Assembly: GCF_963921235.1 (NCBI RefSeq)
Contig: NC_086108.1
Span: forward strand, 76,882,001 to 76,946,000
From: Mobula hypostoma
Lineage: Eukaryota
Direction of reading: 5' to 3'
Length of the DNA: 64,000 bases
The translations under genes and the position numbers were made by a program. Positions 37,041-51,719 of the stretch are shown piece by piece. Within the stretch, counting starts at the first letter, position 1; each line of letters begins with the position of its first letter. Under the pieces are notes generated by a model, which was not told the origin of the DNA, searched no databases, and saw nothing but the letters and a program-made list of their open reading frames with translations.

Positions 37041-39479
37041 ATATATTTCTTACTGTAATTTATATAGGTTTTAAAGTCACATTTTGCACTGTACTGCTGT
37101 CACAAAACCACAAATTTCATGACACATGCCAGTGATATTAGTCCCGATTCTGATTCTGAGTGTCATGTTGATTAGTTATTGTAAATCTAAGGTGACAGTT
37201 TGTGGAACTCTTGGATTCATGAATTTTCAGCAGTTCGGAGTTGTGTTTCTGTTTTCTGCATCTATGTGAATTTTGACATTGTTCGGCTTGGAAGGTATTC
37301 TGATTCCCATTCTGTGGTTTGCAGCTGCATAGCAATCATGACCACATTTTACAACAGTTTAACTAACAATCATTACTATAAAGCCAAATAAAAAGTCTCT
37401 CAGAAACCACAGCTCCAAACTGTGGAATTGAAGAACATAAGCAAATGTCATAAATTCAGTTCTGGCAATCATTTGTTCTTCACAAGTACTTTAATCAGCT
37501 TAAATGAAGCTTAAGCAAAGGCTTATGAAAATATTCTGACAAAGGTTGGTAATAATATATTTACAACACATCCCTAGATTTGAAAGGATTCCAGCATCAA
37601 TTGGGCTTCCTCTTAAATATAACTTCCATCTTCTTCATTTGTGGGCAATTCAATTATGGCTGTTTTCCTTCAGTTGGGTGTTACTACTTCTGATGCTACT
37701 AATACACTTTACATCATCAATGAGTTTGTGATTAAATGGTCAGAACTTGCCAGGTGAAAACGTTTGGTCTTGCTGCACACTCTGCATGGCTGAGCAACGA
37801 AGGGGCAAATGACAGGGCCAACACCTGGGACTTAACATATTGGGAGCTACAGAACCAAATATTTATTTATGTGGACCAATTATGATTGAACAAAGCAGCC
37901 TGTGCCATCATTAAAATAGCTGCTTCTGCAGTGTTGAATTTGAGCACATATATCCAATGAACAGCCAATATGGGATTTGATAGAAAGGGCCAAACTAGTT
38001 TCCAATGATTTTAATAATATTTTGCAGTCCAGGTCACTGTAAACCAAGAAATCTTTAAAATCAATGCAGTATTAATCTCTTTCCACTAGATGCCCCCATC
38101 AGTAAATGCCTCTGCAAAAGATATCAGTGACAGTGGTTAAAATCATGTTGACCTTTCCTTCATGTTACTCCTTCTGTCCAGTTTTGGCCTGCTGAATATT
38201 TTACACTCAGGTCTGAGTGAATGCTGTTAATTCCAGCAATACTCTGATGCTAACATCATCTAACCGCCACATCCTTATTGAGTCGAGTGCCACAACGAGC
38301 AACTGCAACCATTGGTCCTCATGAAAAATGGAATATGCTTTATGGCATTGGATGATTGATAGTGCCCCATTTCTGCACTGCAGTTCAAAATAACAATATT
38401 TATTGTTAAAAAAATAAAATGCTAAAATTGTAACAACTGCCCTATGTCCCTTTTTGTCATCAGAGAATAATCGATTATTCACCCAGACAACCTGCAACTG
38501 TTTGGCATTAAAAGATCTATTATTTGTGACACTCATATAATGCACACAGCCACAGAAAGACAGTATTATTTGGTATCAGTGGCTCTTACACTTCCACTTC
38601 GCATGCAAGGGAGGTGTTTGGAAGCGAGCAGCTCCACAGTATTTAAGAATAGTTTATTAAGCCGAGCTGTAGCTGTATGTAGAAAAGGGCTTGAGATTGA
38701 CATGTTTGGGATTAGTTCGGCCCTACATTTTTCAGAGGTCGTCTCCATGGATCTCGGAGGCTGTGAAATAAATGGGCCTTGCTTTAGCAGCTGGCCAAAA
38801 GTATGAAACCAATACATAACATTTAATTCCACTGTCTGCATAGGGAGAATACCGATTATTCAGTTATTTGATTAATACAGGAATGAGCTTCTACTTGACT
38901 AAAACTATGGTGGACTATTAATCATTTGACCTCTATTTTAAGTAAAAAGGCTTTGGAAAAGAAAGGAATTAATTTATATTGCTAAAATACTACTATGGCG
39001 CATTCTGGACATCACTCCAGTCGCATGACTGAAGAAGAGGGATTCTATATCAGTTAAAGTTAAAGTCAAAGTCTTACCATCAAGTCTTCTTTTTACAAGT
39101 TATAAGTACTTTCACTTCATTTTCTGTTGATTAAAAATATCTGATATTCTGCTAAATAAACTGCTGATCTCACTGGGAGAGAGGGATCCACAAAGAACAA
39201 CTGTTTGGCTGTGACCTCTCAAGAAATTACTGAATACTCGTTGTGAGTTGATATAATTCACAAAACATCCAAGGCTACTAACTTCACTAATTCAGCTCTC
39301 ATATATCATACCGTCTCTGCTTGTTTCCCTTATGATATCATTAACATTTATTATTTAAAACTGAAGTTGATTAATCGGCATCAAAGATAAAAAAATAAAC
39401 TATTTCTTATTTTTATTATTGATTTTTAAAAATAGATTGGGACTATAAACTTTTTAATTACTGTAGTATGGCGCAATTC

Positions 39480-40000
39480 TTGTTTCCCATGTGTAATGAC
39501 AATGTATTTAGTTAGAACATTAATAATAAAAGTAATGATTTATTAAAATGTTGGGAAATATACAACTGTGTGCCCAGAGGACACGTATAAGTTACAGGCT
39601 GTCTGACATCAGAATGATTTTATTTGAATGATTGGGAGCAGAGTGACAAGGATGCTTCTAACACTTACTGCAATGTTATGAAGATAGGCTGACAGAATTT
39701 GACGTTCTCATTGAATAAAAAAAAGATATGGCGTGAATCAGGTCTTTAAAATGCCGTGAGGCAGGGATAACGTGGATATAAGCAGGTTATTTAACTTAAA
39801 ATTTGATTGTACGTCTAGAGCACACAAGTACAAAATTGACACGCCTCAAGCAAGACTAGAGATTAGAAGAAATTGTTTTTCCCCTCCACACAATTGTAGA
39901 TATGTAGAACAGATTCCTATCAAAAACAGTTAATGTTACATTGATTAAATCCTTGAAAAATACCAGGATGATATATCTGACTGTGAAAGGGATTGAAGAT
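39480..40000 (+). mobile_element. Highly degenerate CR1 3' fragment
   Basis: Decayed equivalents of CVQFWSP, GHKYK and RRNCF segments. Confidence 0.45.
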
Positions 40001-40519
40001 TATAGGAATAAGATGTGCTTAGATAATAATTCTAAGAAGTCAAATAGGACAAGTCTTCTTGAAACCAATAGAACTGGTGTGGCTATAAGATATTTTAGAT
40101 GGATATCCCGTATTTTTAGGCAAACAGTCTTTGGCCCCAGGAAAAGATTATACAATAAGTTTTCTTTTCATGGAAATAATTATTTACCCCTCTCAGCACA
40201 TAGAAAAGCTCAGAAGAAAGGAATTTGATTTTTCATGGTTTTGGGCCCTTCAGAAAGGATAGACTTAATCGAGCAAGTTGGTTTTCCTTGTTTCATTTTG
40301 ACTCTATATGTTATGACTATCATCATACGTTATTGATGTACAATAGATTATCACTTTGTATATATTAGTATATTTTGCACACAGTTAACTGGAAACTCCA
40401 AGTAAATGCGTATTTGTTTCAGATTTAATTTTGGTTGAGGTTTTCAGAGTTACCACATTATTTCCCAGAACACACATTTAGAACTGTTAGCTAAAGCTCA
40501 TGTATCTGAAGACAAATCA

Positions 40520-41800
40520 AAAGCTGGGAAACTGGCTGAGCAGCAGAAAGCAGAGGGATAAGTGAAGATACTCAAATGAGTATCTGACTAATGGGGTCCG
40601 GTGAGGATATGCATTAGGGCAACAACTATTTATGGTATTTATAAATAACTAGGTTATTGAAATAGAAAGCTGATGACATAAAGATAAGGAGCACTGTAAG
40701 TGCTGTGGATGGAAGTATAAAATGATATGAAGAGATGGAATAGATTCAGTAAATGAGCTAAAAAGTAGTTATATGGATATCAACATAAGACAAGTTTGAG
40801 GTCATCCAGTTTGGACCCAAAAAAGCTGGACTACAACACTGGCTAAATGGTGAAAAACTAAAAGCTGTGATTGTCCAAAAATCCATAATGTCAGGTACAG
40901 GAAATAATGGAAAAAAAACTAATGGCTTACTGACCTTTAGATATGGTAGAACAGAATACAAGAAGGTTTTGTCAGAGTTATGAAAAAAAACACACCTTAA
41001 ATATTGTGAACTGTTTTGGTCACCACATTTTAGGAATGGTTTATTAGTCTGATAAAGAAGTGCCGAATAAACTTAGCGATGATACTGTTGTTGCGTGAAT
41101 GAAGTCACCGGAGAAAAGATATGAAGCAGCCCCTTTATTCGACAAAACAAGGTACAGCAGGCATCAGATTGAGACCCTGTTGGTGGAAAAATCTGCTTGG
41201 CCTAGCCCTACATAACATTATGTGCTAAAGATCAAAGAAAAATTCAGGACAATTCAAACAAATCCATATTAATAATGCTTTTTCTGAACCACCCTCCTTC
41301 GCACCCATATTATAGACACCAAATACACAGAAATAACAAATTTAAATCAGCATTGTCTACCCATTTTTCAGAGTTGAATTTTAGATTTAATCTTCAATGC
41401 ATATTCAGATCTGAAGGTTGCTCCCTGAAGTCAGTATTCGCTTTATGTTGTAACCCTAAAAACACCCTATCAATGCCTTGACACAGGGTTAAAATATGAG
41501 CGAGATTACACAAGTTAAAGTTGTATTCGCTGAAACTTAAAAGCTAAAGTAGGAGCTAGTCAATGTTTTCAAGGTATTAAGGGATAAAGAGAGATAAATA
41601 ATATCTGTTGGCCGAGGAATTGAGGACTTGGGGCCACATTCTAAAAACTGCGAGAGATCTTCCAGGATGAAGTTAAGAAACATTTATGCAAAGTATGGTC
41701 GGCTACTGGTCGCAATTCATACCCAGTTATATTTTAAATTTTAAATCTAAGATTGGTTAACAAAAATCCAGAGAAGATAGTAAAGGTTATAGGGTTGCAT
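40520..41800 (+). mobile_element. Degenerate CR1 RT/3' region with an internal insert of about 390 bp
   Basis: tggctgagcagcagaaagcagaggg, tttataaataact, gctgatgacataaagataagg and ttttggtcaccacattttagg are decayed CR1 RT motifs. Confidence 0.6.
41080..41472 (-). mobile_element. Possible solo LTR
   Basis: TGATA...TATCA termini and minus-strand AATAAA near one end; interrupts a CR1; no convincing TSD. Confidence 0.35.
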
Positions 41801-43018
41801 AAGGTTTGATCACAGATCAATATTGTTAGCTGTATTTTCTAGCTCTCCAGCTCTAGCTCTCCATTTTCACTTGAATTAATAGATGTATGTGGTGCTCTTG
41901 TTCCAGAATAATTTTAGAAAACACAGAAAGCAAATGTCCCTGCTTTAAAAACTCTCAAGTTAACTCTAGAGAGATTTAAATTGTATCCTGTCTGTTCAAT
42001 CAACCTTTTCGAACCACTTTAATACCACACTTAAGTTATGCTTTAATTTTGGCTGCTTATGAATCCCGGCTTTTAATTAGAACTAGATCCTTTTTCCAGC
42101 TTTAAATTGTTCAACCAGTTTTGCATGTTCCAGCTACATAGGCTCTGATCTCTGGCATTCTACCCCTCTTTCCCACCTCCAAAATCACAACAGAGCTTTC
42201 AGTCATCTTTTCTACCGACTCCAAATGAAACTTGGTATCTAATTTTATTTTACAACTCTCCTATAAAGTGCCTCACAAATGTTATGTAAATAGAAAATTA
42301 CTCTATAAATGAAAGTTGTTGTTAAACTCCAGATAGTGTTTTGCAAAAGAAATCTTTGTGAAGCCATCTTTGTAAAACTTCACATTGGCTTTCATGGGAT
42401 TAACATCATCTTCTGATTCCCAAGCTGTGATTCACAACTTTATCCACTGCAAGCAGAAACTGAGCTGTAGCAGTTTCCAGGCTTGCTGCATAAATTCACA
42501 TAAACAAGCTTTTTTTTAATACATTCAAAGCCTTAAAAATACTTTTACAGCCTGTTATCTGCCTTTGCCTCAGTACATAGGTGGTGCTTGTAAACTTTTA
42601 ATCTTGCTGGCACGTTGGTAAGAGTACATGGGTAAACAGGAAGGAAAATCAGTAGAGGACACCAGAAAGTGCATATATCATAAGCGATAATTTGAATGTA
42701 AAAGTTGATATCTATCTTTTTCATTGAGAAATTATGAAGTTTTATAATATAACAAGAGTAACAACACAAAACTCTGGGTATTTCCTTCTGAGGAAGGGAA
42801 GTAAGTGCCAGTAAGACATTGTGAGTGATGAGAAGAGCCTGCCCTGAGACATTGCCAGAATCATTTGCACTCTGGTGCTGTGCATTCTTATCAACATTTT
42901 ATTTATAATATTAAGCATTTCTAAAATCTGCATGTTTTGTTTTTCATTTGCAGGGAAGACATGAGTGTTGCATTGTAAGTGTTGTGTTTTTAACAAATAT
43001 TCTTTCCTTTTTCTACAG

Positions 43019-43114
43019 TCAGTTTTGCTATCAGCACCAATTAAAAGGGAAGGGGAATCACCTACAGCATCACCTCTCTCTGCAGACGACACTCATCACT
43101 CAGACAGATACCAG
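43019..43114 (+). CDS. RNF220: RNF220 internal coding exon (96 nt; equivalent of human exon 5)
   Basis: Acceptor tctttcctttttctacAG, donor GTGGGA. Encodes SVLLSAPIKREGESPTASPLSADDTHHSDRYQ, versus recalled human SLLLSASIKREGESPTASPHSSATDDLHHSDRYQ. Phase 0-0. Confidence 0.93.
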
Positions 43115-45079
43115 GTGGGAAAAGGCAAGGAATGGCATCCATTGATGGTTGTAAGGACCCAGGTGCAAAGTGACTCATGCATATCTGGACAATGATCCAA
43201 CTATTTGATTTCTTTTAAAGAGGAGAGATATAAGAATCAGGAAACCCTTTTCAAAAAGGATCTCATCCATTTGATTTATATAAAGAATATTATATATAAT
43301 ATAGAGAATGTTACATGTTAATAGGACTTACTTTTCAATCAGGACATCATTTACATGGGAAACCTCATCAGCAGGGGCCATTTTAAATAGGAATTCTCAC
43401 AGCTGAATTCATTAATAAAAAATCAAAATCTTACAAGGAGTAAATGACAAAAGGAGAAAGTGAATCTGAGGTCAGTTCTATGAATTCTGGGCAAAATTTC
43501 AAGTAATCAACAATTATGGTTATCCTCAAAATAATAAAAAAATCAATAGAATGCTAATTCATCCTGAAAAGTTGCATAACCTCGATCACATTAGTCAAAG
43601 AGGGTCATTGAAGCAAGTTGATTCCATCATTTGCAATGAATAATTTTTCTTTTATTAGCCATATTAAAGATTCTGATATCCAGCTGCCTTTGACCTGAAT
43701 GTAGTAGCCACTGAAAAATATCATTTCAGTGGTAGGAATAAATAAATATCCCGCAGCAAAAGCAGTGTGTAACACTGTTCGTCGTGTCAACTGGAAAACT
43801 AAAAAGCAATTTTCATGGCATGTGAGTTTCAGGAAAAGGACATTGGCCTAGAAATTCAATCACATAGTGCCTGCTTTTTTTTTGTATTGAAATGTGATGC
43901 AAAATTGTGATAGCATGCATAATGCAATATATCATCACTTTCAATCGTAAGGTTCCATGCATGTGGTAGGCACATGCACAAAACACATGGAGGATGCAGG
44001 GGTGATGTCAGGAGTTGTGCAATGCATCATTGAAACCTCCTATTTCTTATTGATTTATGCATATCCAATTAATAAACAGCTTAGCCACACATAAGAAATC
44101 AGGCCTAAACAATGGCCAACTCTTAAACTTATTCTGTTTAAAGGGATTTCCAGTTATTTGCTAGTCTTCTGAGCAGTCAGTCAAAGCAGAGCTTATCGAA
44201 ATCTCAAGATGCCATGCCTCTAGCGATTTGGAGGTGAACCCGCATTCTCTCCAGGGTGAAAGTACAGGTAATATGTTTGAGGCCCTGCTGGGCCTCCATT
44301 GTGACCAGGAGCAAGATGAGAGAAGAACCTCTTGTTCTATTTTTTTCCAGAAGTCAGCATTGAACCTCAATCTGTCCAAACTGCAAAGCACATGGAAGCT
44401 AAGAGTGGTGACAGAGATCTATTACCTGCTCCATGCAAAACCTCAGTCATACACACATGTGTGGATTGCTCTACCTGCATATACAAAGAATACTAATGCC
44501 CTGTTTTTACAGCCCCTAAATCTTTCTATTCACAGTTTACTTCTCTTCTGCTCCTGCTGACTAATGTTTCAGTAATGGAAGCATATGCAACTGATATTAC
44601 TAGGGCATCTGAAAAGAGACAGGCACAAGATGTGGTCATGATTAGAGAAGAAGACATATAATAAGACATTTGTTTGAACCACTTGATCCTTAAGAGTATA
44701 GGGGGTGAGTAGGAAGTGTGATGTGAAAAGCAGGAATGGAAATAAATTCACCATCACCCTGAGTGAAATGTAATCCTTCACCGGACACTGTCTTAAGTAC
44801 TGGTAGCACCCACTCCTCCAAATGGCTCAGGCCGTGAGCTTCAGTTTGCTGACAGAGTCTGTGATTGTTACCCCATTCTGCACGAGAGAGCTACCTATGT
44901 TAATGAAGGTGTCATCAAGTCATAGAGCGAGGCAGTATGGAACAGGCCCTTTGCCCTCCTCCCTCATGTTCATGCTGACTATCAAACACTCAGGTTTACA
45001 TCAATCCTACCCCCACCCATTTTATTCTTGCCGAGTTCCTATTCATTCTTTCCCCAATCAGATTTACCACCCAGCTACA

Positions 45080-45260
45080 CACTACGGCAATGTGCAGTGG
45101 CAACTTAACCTACCAACCCACACACATTTGGAATATGCGTGAGGAAACCAGAGCGCAGCGAGGAAGCCCGCACAATATCTGAGGAAAGAAAACATGTAAG
45201 CTGCCTGCAGACAGTGTATGAGGTCAGGATTGAAGCTGCAGCACAGAAACTGAAAGCCAG
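45080..45260 (-). mobile_element. Degenerate V-SINE-like fragment
   Basis: gaggaaaccagagcgcagcgaggaagcccgcac resembles the reverse complement of the V-domain. Confidence 0.5.
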
Positions 45261-48200
45261 CAGCTCTGCTGGCTGAGCCAGTGTGCTGCCTTGCATGCAC
45301 TGTTGTATGCCATCACTGAATCGTGTGTGAAACAAAGGAAGCGTGGAGCAGTGAGTGCATTGGATGTTGGGAGATGGGGTTTGTTGTACTTTACACTTGA
45401 ACGCACTTGAGGCCACTAATCTTTCTTCTGGCACCTGCTCCTCAGGACATGACATGTGGTAATCTCACATTGCACCTCCTGCTGCTTTCTTACCTTCACT
45501 GGTATTTGTTGCGGACCGAACATGAACGACCACTCTCCAAATGAAGAAGGTGCCTGTGTCCCAAATTTCAGCAGCGATTGAATTCAGTACTCAAGAGGCA
45601 AAGGCTTGGTGTAAGGTAGTGCAAAATGGCTTCAGTGCAGGATAGCTCTAGCTGGTGCACAGGACACCCAAAATTGTTCACCAGTAATGTACGCCAACGT
45701 GCAAAACCTTGCGATTGGTGCCTCCTAAAACAAGTTGTTGTGTTAGGTATACAGTTGAAGATTATGCACTAATTGAACAAGCCCTGATTCCTCCATAGAG
45801 CAGTCTTCTGCTGCATACTATAATGAATTTCTAGGTTGCCATGTTACTAGCTTTATTTTTGGAAGGATTAGAGAATGTACTCAAATCAGAGAGGTATCTG
45901 CAAGAGCAACGGTGCAGGGGATCTTAGATTGCTGAATTCTTCTGAGAAAATTAGCTGAATAAAAATCAGATAACTCCAAGGCAGCCTCAACAAGAATTGC
46001 AGTGGTACGCTGGATCTGATTCCACTTGCTCTGTGATTATCAGTGAGCCCATGCCCATTATTCAGTCTGTTCCATTAATCATTCTGCACTGGCTTGATGT
46101 GTTTTCTAAGAATCAACTTGACTGCAACATTGAGAACTTGGGAATGGGTTTCCTGGCTGTACCCAAGGTACGCAGGAAAACAGAGAAAGTTTCACCGAAT
46201 AATGAAAATCCTTTATAATTAAAGGGATTGCTGAAGTACAGGCAACATCTTTCCTTCATTTGTTGCAAACTTATCTATTTACATGGTGAGATGAGATAAA
46301 AGTTTAAAAGGTAAGAAAAGAAGGCCATTAAGAAGATGACTTATAATTAAAACAAACTATTTTAATTTTTACATGTTCTGGACAAAATCTAAGTTTTTAT
46401 GGTTTGAAATATGGAAAATAGCTGGCTTAAAAACAAATGAAAAATAATATATGAACATTTTTCTAAAAAAAATTTGCTTAAAAATGAACAAAAATAAATA
46501 TTTAAACATGATCCTTTGAATCAAAGTTTTGAGCTGCAACATTGATGCTCAAGCATCAGAGCTCTCCACCTACCCCGCACAACCAACCGTCCGTTTTGTA
46601 TCTTGGATAGTGAGTTTTAGCAAAGCTATTCCATCTCAGACACTGTGATAGTCAAAGCTGATATGTTCTCAGCTGGAGTTTACACTCTCACTTTCAAGAC
46701 ACTGGATAATGATCAAGATTGGAAACCCGAGTTGATTTACCTTTCCATAGCTCAAGAGTTCCGAGACCAATTACAGTGCACCTACTGTTGCTGTGGCTCA
46801 TGTCAGTTAACTCAGTTCAAACCATGTTCTGTATGGCCAGCTACCATTCCCAATGGTACTTTTGTCAGGTCAGTCGTCAGAGGAACAGCAGAGCTGCAAA
46901 ATCAAGTAAAAAAAAATCAGCACAAATAATGACTATATGGCATACTTTTTTGGTGAGAGTTCCAGCTGTTCTACTTGTACAACATTAGCATTTTCATGGA
47001 ATGTGTAAACCTCATGCAGAAGCATCACATTTTTATCTGAAGTTTTTAGCTGTCAAATTAACGTGTGGAAATAAAACACCATCCAATGCTAATTTATTTG
47101 TTTGATTGAAAAATGTATTATTTTAATAAGACTGGCATATCTTGCCCTTCTTCGCAATTAAGGTTTTGTGTAAATATCTTGTCTTAAATACAAATTTAGT
47201 CTTCCCCATTAAATATAAATATCGTAAAAAGGAACTTACTTTTCCTAGGCAGTATTCTTCCATATTGTAATGCAAATATTTGCCCCCATTTTTAAAAGTC
47301 TCCTACACACAGTACTAGGAAATGCACTCAGATATGGATTCTGTTTTCCATGAGCAGGGTGCGCAAACCTGATTTACTTAAACTCAAGTATTTTAGGCAA
47401 ATTTGGAAACTGAGCCACCTGTATGTGTGCATAGGGGTAACTTGCTGGAGCTTATTCAATAAAATCTCCAGCACCATACACAGTGAGCTTCCTGCTACAT
47501 CACCATTCGGTATTACCTTGAAAAGTTTACCTGTAAAGATCTGAATGAGAGGAATGCCAAGCCCAGTGACAGATCTACCCTCCAAGATGAACTAATGAGC
47601 TGGACTGGCTGGTCAATTATCAGCTGCCCCATGCTAGTCTGTCTGACCTACTGTCGAGTATCTGATGTACTCCTGTGGTTTAATTTGGTTCCAAATTTCT
47701 ATTGCTGTGCATATTATCTGGGTTACACCTCAAAACCTGAGGGATCCTATTATGCAATCACCTTGACACCAAGGTAACCTTGCCTAGTGACATCAACCCT
47801 ATTTTGACCCAATATGAGAATTGTTTGACTACAGAGTCTAGTCCTGTATTATTTTACCAAGTAAAAAAAATTCAGAAGTTGTGTGATTTTGCAAAAATGT
47901 GTTTTGTTTATTTATGTGTTACTGAATTTTGATTCTTTTATGTTTCTAAGTTCTGTAAAACGTCAGCCCTTAATGTGGAATTCTGTGCTCTGTTTTTATT
48001 GATGAAAGTGATGTTATGTATAGCAGGAAACGTGTTTTGGAATGTTATGTAAATGTACAACAGAGGATTCAGTTAATTACGATCAACACTATAATTCATT
48101 CATGAAAGCACACCTTTAAGGAGAAATTACCTCTGTCAATGTTCTTCATGTTGTGTCACAAAGAAGACAAAATGAGAACATGATATTCTTCTTGAGCTGC

Positions 48201-48303
48201 TTAATTTACAGTAAGATCAGAGTCACTAGGAAGGATCTGGGGAGGACACCAAGGGTTATACATGGCTGTATTTTAAAACATTGGATCAGGTAAAGGAAAT
48301 TAA

Positions 48304-49051
48304 CACTGGATTCTGGTTAATTGGGGCAGCAACTTACTTAGGGTAACAAAAACTGTTCGAGACAGTAGCTGGGATACCCTTCATTTATTTGGGATACCAT
48401 GTCGCTTAATTGGGGAGACAGTTGCCAAACAGTTTCTGGCTAGCGTGCACTTGCATGGCCATTAGCCATTACACTGTGCTTAGAGCGAACAGTTATAAAT
48501 AACATCAGTTGCACGTGCTTGTGTTCATAAAGCAGGGATTCTTGTCACTGAAAGTTGGCGAGAAATAAGCAGCAAGACAATTCGGAACTCTTTTGCTCAC
48601 TGTGGTTTCAAACATTAAGGCCTGGATATTCCAAAAATGGCTGTAACGAAAACGAAGCGATTTCTCTACTTCAATAAGATAGGATCTATGAAGAATTTGA
48701 AGGTATCGACAATCATGGTAAATGTTACAATGGGAATGAAATTTGGAGGATGCAATCATCGATAGCCTTGTATGAATGCAGTCCATTATCAGCACCAGAT
48801 GGCTGCACTGATTTTGTTCATTTACAGTCAATCAAAAGAACAATTAGAAACTAATTCACAGTTTTATAGTACTGTAGTAGTGTTATTGATTATGTTCTCA
48901 TTTGTTCTGTATTTTATTTAAATACATAATTTATCACTCAGTTAAACAATAGTTTGACTTTTTCATAGCTTTCTAACTATTTCCATGAAACTTTGGCTTA
49001 TTGGGCAAAATGTTCTGGTGTTGATGCGTCCCAATTAACCAGAATCCACTG
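48304..49051. mobile_element. Non-autonomous Tc1/mariner-pogo (Tigger-like) element
   Basis: TIRs CACTGGATTCTGGTTAATTGGG and CCCAATTAACCAGAATCCACTG, followed by TA. Confidence 0.75.
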
Positions 49052-51719
49052 TATATTATTGGGTAAAAATGAAGAAGGTGAAAGGAAGAGGCCATTGCCA
49101 ACACATTAAATTGATGAAGGGAACAAAGGGGTTAATTTTGAGAAGCAATTTTTATTGAATCAGAATTGAAGCACAAGATTGAATGCAAGCAAATGTAGCT
49201 GAAATCTGCATGTAAATTAAGCAATAGCCAATTTATTAACAAATGCAACTCTATGATTGAAACAAATAGAAAGTTTATTATGGTGAAATATTTTTTAAAA
49301 AATGACCCACTCCATTAATCCAAAGATATAAGAAAGGTTACTGAGATGCTAAATTAAATAGTGAACTAGATGGGCTTTCCCCTACCTTCCTGTGTACTTT
49401 AGGCTTATTGTTCACAGCACAGAATCAGAACTTTGAACAACTGTTTTATTTAGTAAAATACAGCTTACTTTCAATACATGTACAAATGGGAAACTTCCCA
49501 CTCCATTACATTTGTGGTTGTTATCACTTCTCCAACAGTACTGCTAATGTTGTTGTACTTTTGTCAAGTAAATGGAAATTTATCAAAATTTCTAACTCAA
49601 TGGCATTGCGGAGCAGCAATTTTATTCTAAAACAATCAGGCGTACAGAGAATATTACCACTGTCTTCAGCTCATATAATTTTGAATCATTTATGTCAATA
49701 GACAGAGATATGATTGCTCATGAATCTGAGTTCAAGAAAAGGTACTCTTGAGAGTTACCGTTCAGAATTTTCTAGGACATAGACTGCAAGGATCTTTGAT
49801 AAAAGTAATTGTTAAATTACAGTAAAATGTACATTAGCAATGGTGCAGAGGAGTCATAACAGAACAATATCTGAAATGAGGGATTTTGAATTTATATAAA
49901 GTCAAGAAAATCCATGGAAAATCTATGATTGTTGAGAGAAGATTAACGGGGATCGAACAACCTAAGTTACGAATGCTTCACTAAACTAAATACGAGTGTC
50001 TTTCAGGAACGTCAAAAAAGTAGAGGGCTCAGATTTGAGAACGAGAGTAAGAAACAGGTTTAATATCACCAGTGTGCATCATGAAATTTGTTGTCTTTGC
50101 GGCAGCGGTACAATGCAATGCATAATGATAGAGGAAAAAAACTCTGAACTACGGTAAGTATACATATTTAATAGTTAAATAACTAGGGCAAAAATAAAAA
50201 AAAGTGGTGAGGTAGTGTTGATGGGTTCAATGTGTATGCAGAAATCGGATGGCAGAGGACTAGATATTTGGCAAAAGAAACAGAGGAGTTCAATTTTTAG
50301 TGTAACATGATATGCATGGAGTGGCAGCAAGAAAATCAATAATCTCAAAAGGGAATTGGAGAAATAAATAAATAAATATCACATAACGTATATATCCAAT
50401 TCCCTTTAGAGATTTATTTATATATATATTTATATTTATATGAACAATAATATAGGGCCATTGGAAAAGAGCAGGAGTGCAGGACAAATTGGAGAATGCT
50501 TTCATATTGCTGATGTAAATGTGATAGCCTAATGGTCTACTGTTCTTTATGATTCCATAATACTAACACGGTGAGTGAACAAGAAAACTTTGTGCATGTG
50601 GCCTAATTAGTATTTGAGTATCTCAGTAAGTGAATTATTAGATGCTCACCACTTTTAATTATAAATAGTTTGGATAATTGATGCTCTCTTGTTGTTGATG
50701 AAAATGTGTGTTTTACTGTGTTGTGCTATCATTAATCTCTCACATGTGGAAGGAATACAGTGCCTGAGAATCTTCTCTCTATGAGGAACATTTATCTCCG
50801 TAACAACCTCATCAGTTGTCTGTAATCTTATGTTTGCATGATATTCTCCCTTTAACCATTTCTTTCAGGCTATAATTCATGAGTATACTTAATAGAATTA
50901 TGATCTGAAAATAATAACTCATTCTTTTTACCTTCTTTCATATTTTACTTCAGGGCTCTGTATATTGAAATGCCACCTAGTTGTTCACCATCAGGGAAAA
51001 TAATAACTTGTGTATTTAGGAGACCCTTTTCAGTGGGTGGTTTGTTAACTGAGGAAGAAATCAAAAGACATTGACACTTGGGCCTATCACATTGGAAACA
51101 TTACTGCTAAATTTGTGATTATATGGATATGCTTGCAAAACAATTGGGACAATATTTGCAATTTAAAAGTGGTTCAGAATCAAAACAATATATGAGTTTC
51201 GTTGATGGACAAGAATGAAGAAGAGGATACTAGGCATATTAAACTAAATGGCATTCACTCTCTTGTCTGTCGTTGATGATAAATGACTGGTATTCTTCAG
51301 ATCATACTGAATACTCAACGTCATGCTAAAGTCATCTCACCACAAAATATTTAATAAAATAATATATTCTAGTTTTTTAGTGGATTAATTTTTTGCAGTG
51401 CAAACTATATGCACTCTACCAACTTAATCTTGTAATTTACTTGGTGTGATATTAGTCTGGATGTAAACGATAGAAAAACAGTTGTCTCTTTCTTCTATTT
51501 GAAACTATTGGCATGTTATTTGTAAAGTTACTTATCATTTAATGAAAAAATGTAGCTATTCTTCCGCAATTTTAACAAGCACTAGCAATTCAAAGTGGAT
51601 CTTTCTGTTCATGACATTCGCTTAAAAAGTTGAGGCAATTTTTCCAATTGTTTCCAATGTTGATAATAACAAGTTTATTTTCTGCCCGAAATACATAAAA
51701 ATATTTTAATACGTAATTT

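Noticed and set aside
49057..49095. attgggtaaaaatgaagaagg resembling the next RNF220 exon (RIGKMKRRK)
   Set aside because: Wrong order (upstream of the TFLRVR exon), no acceptor, frame does not match; the next exon is probably beyond the window.
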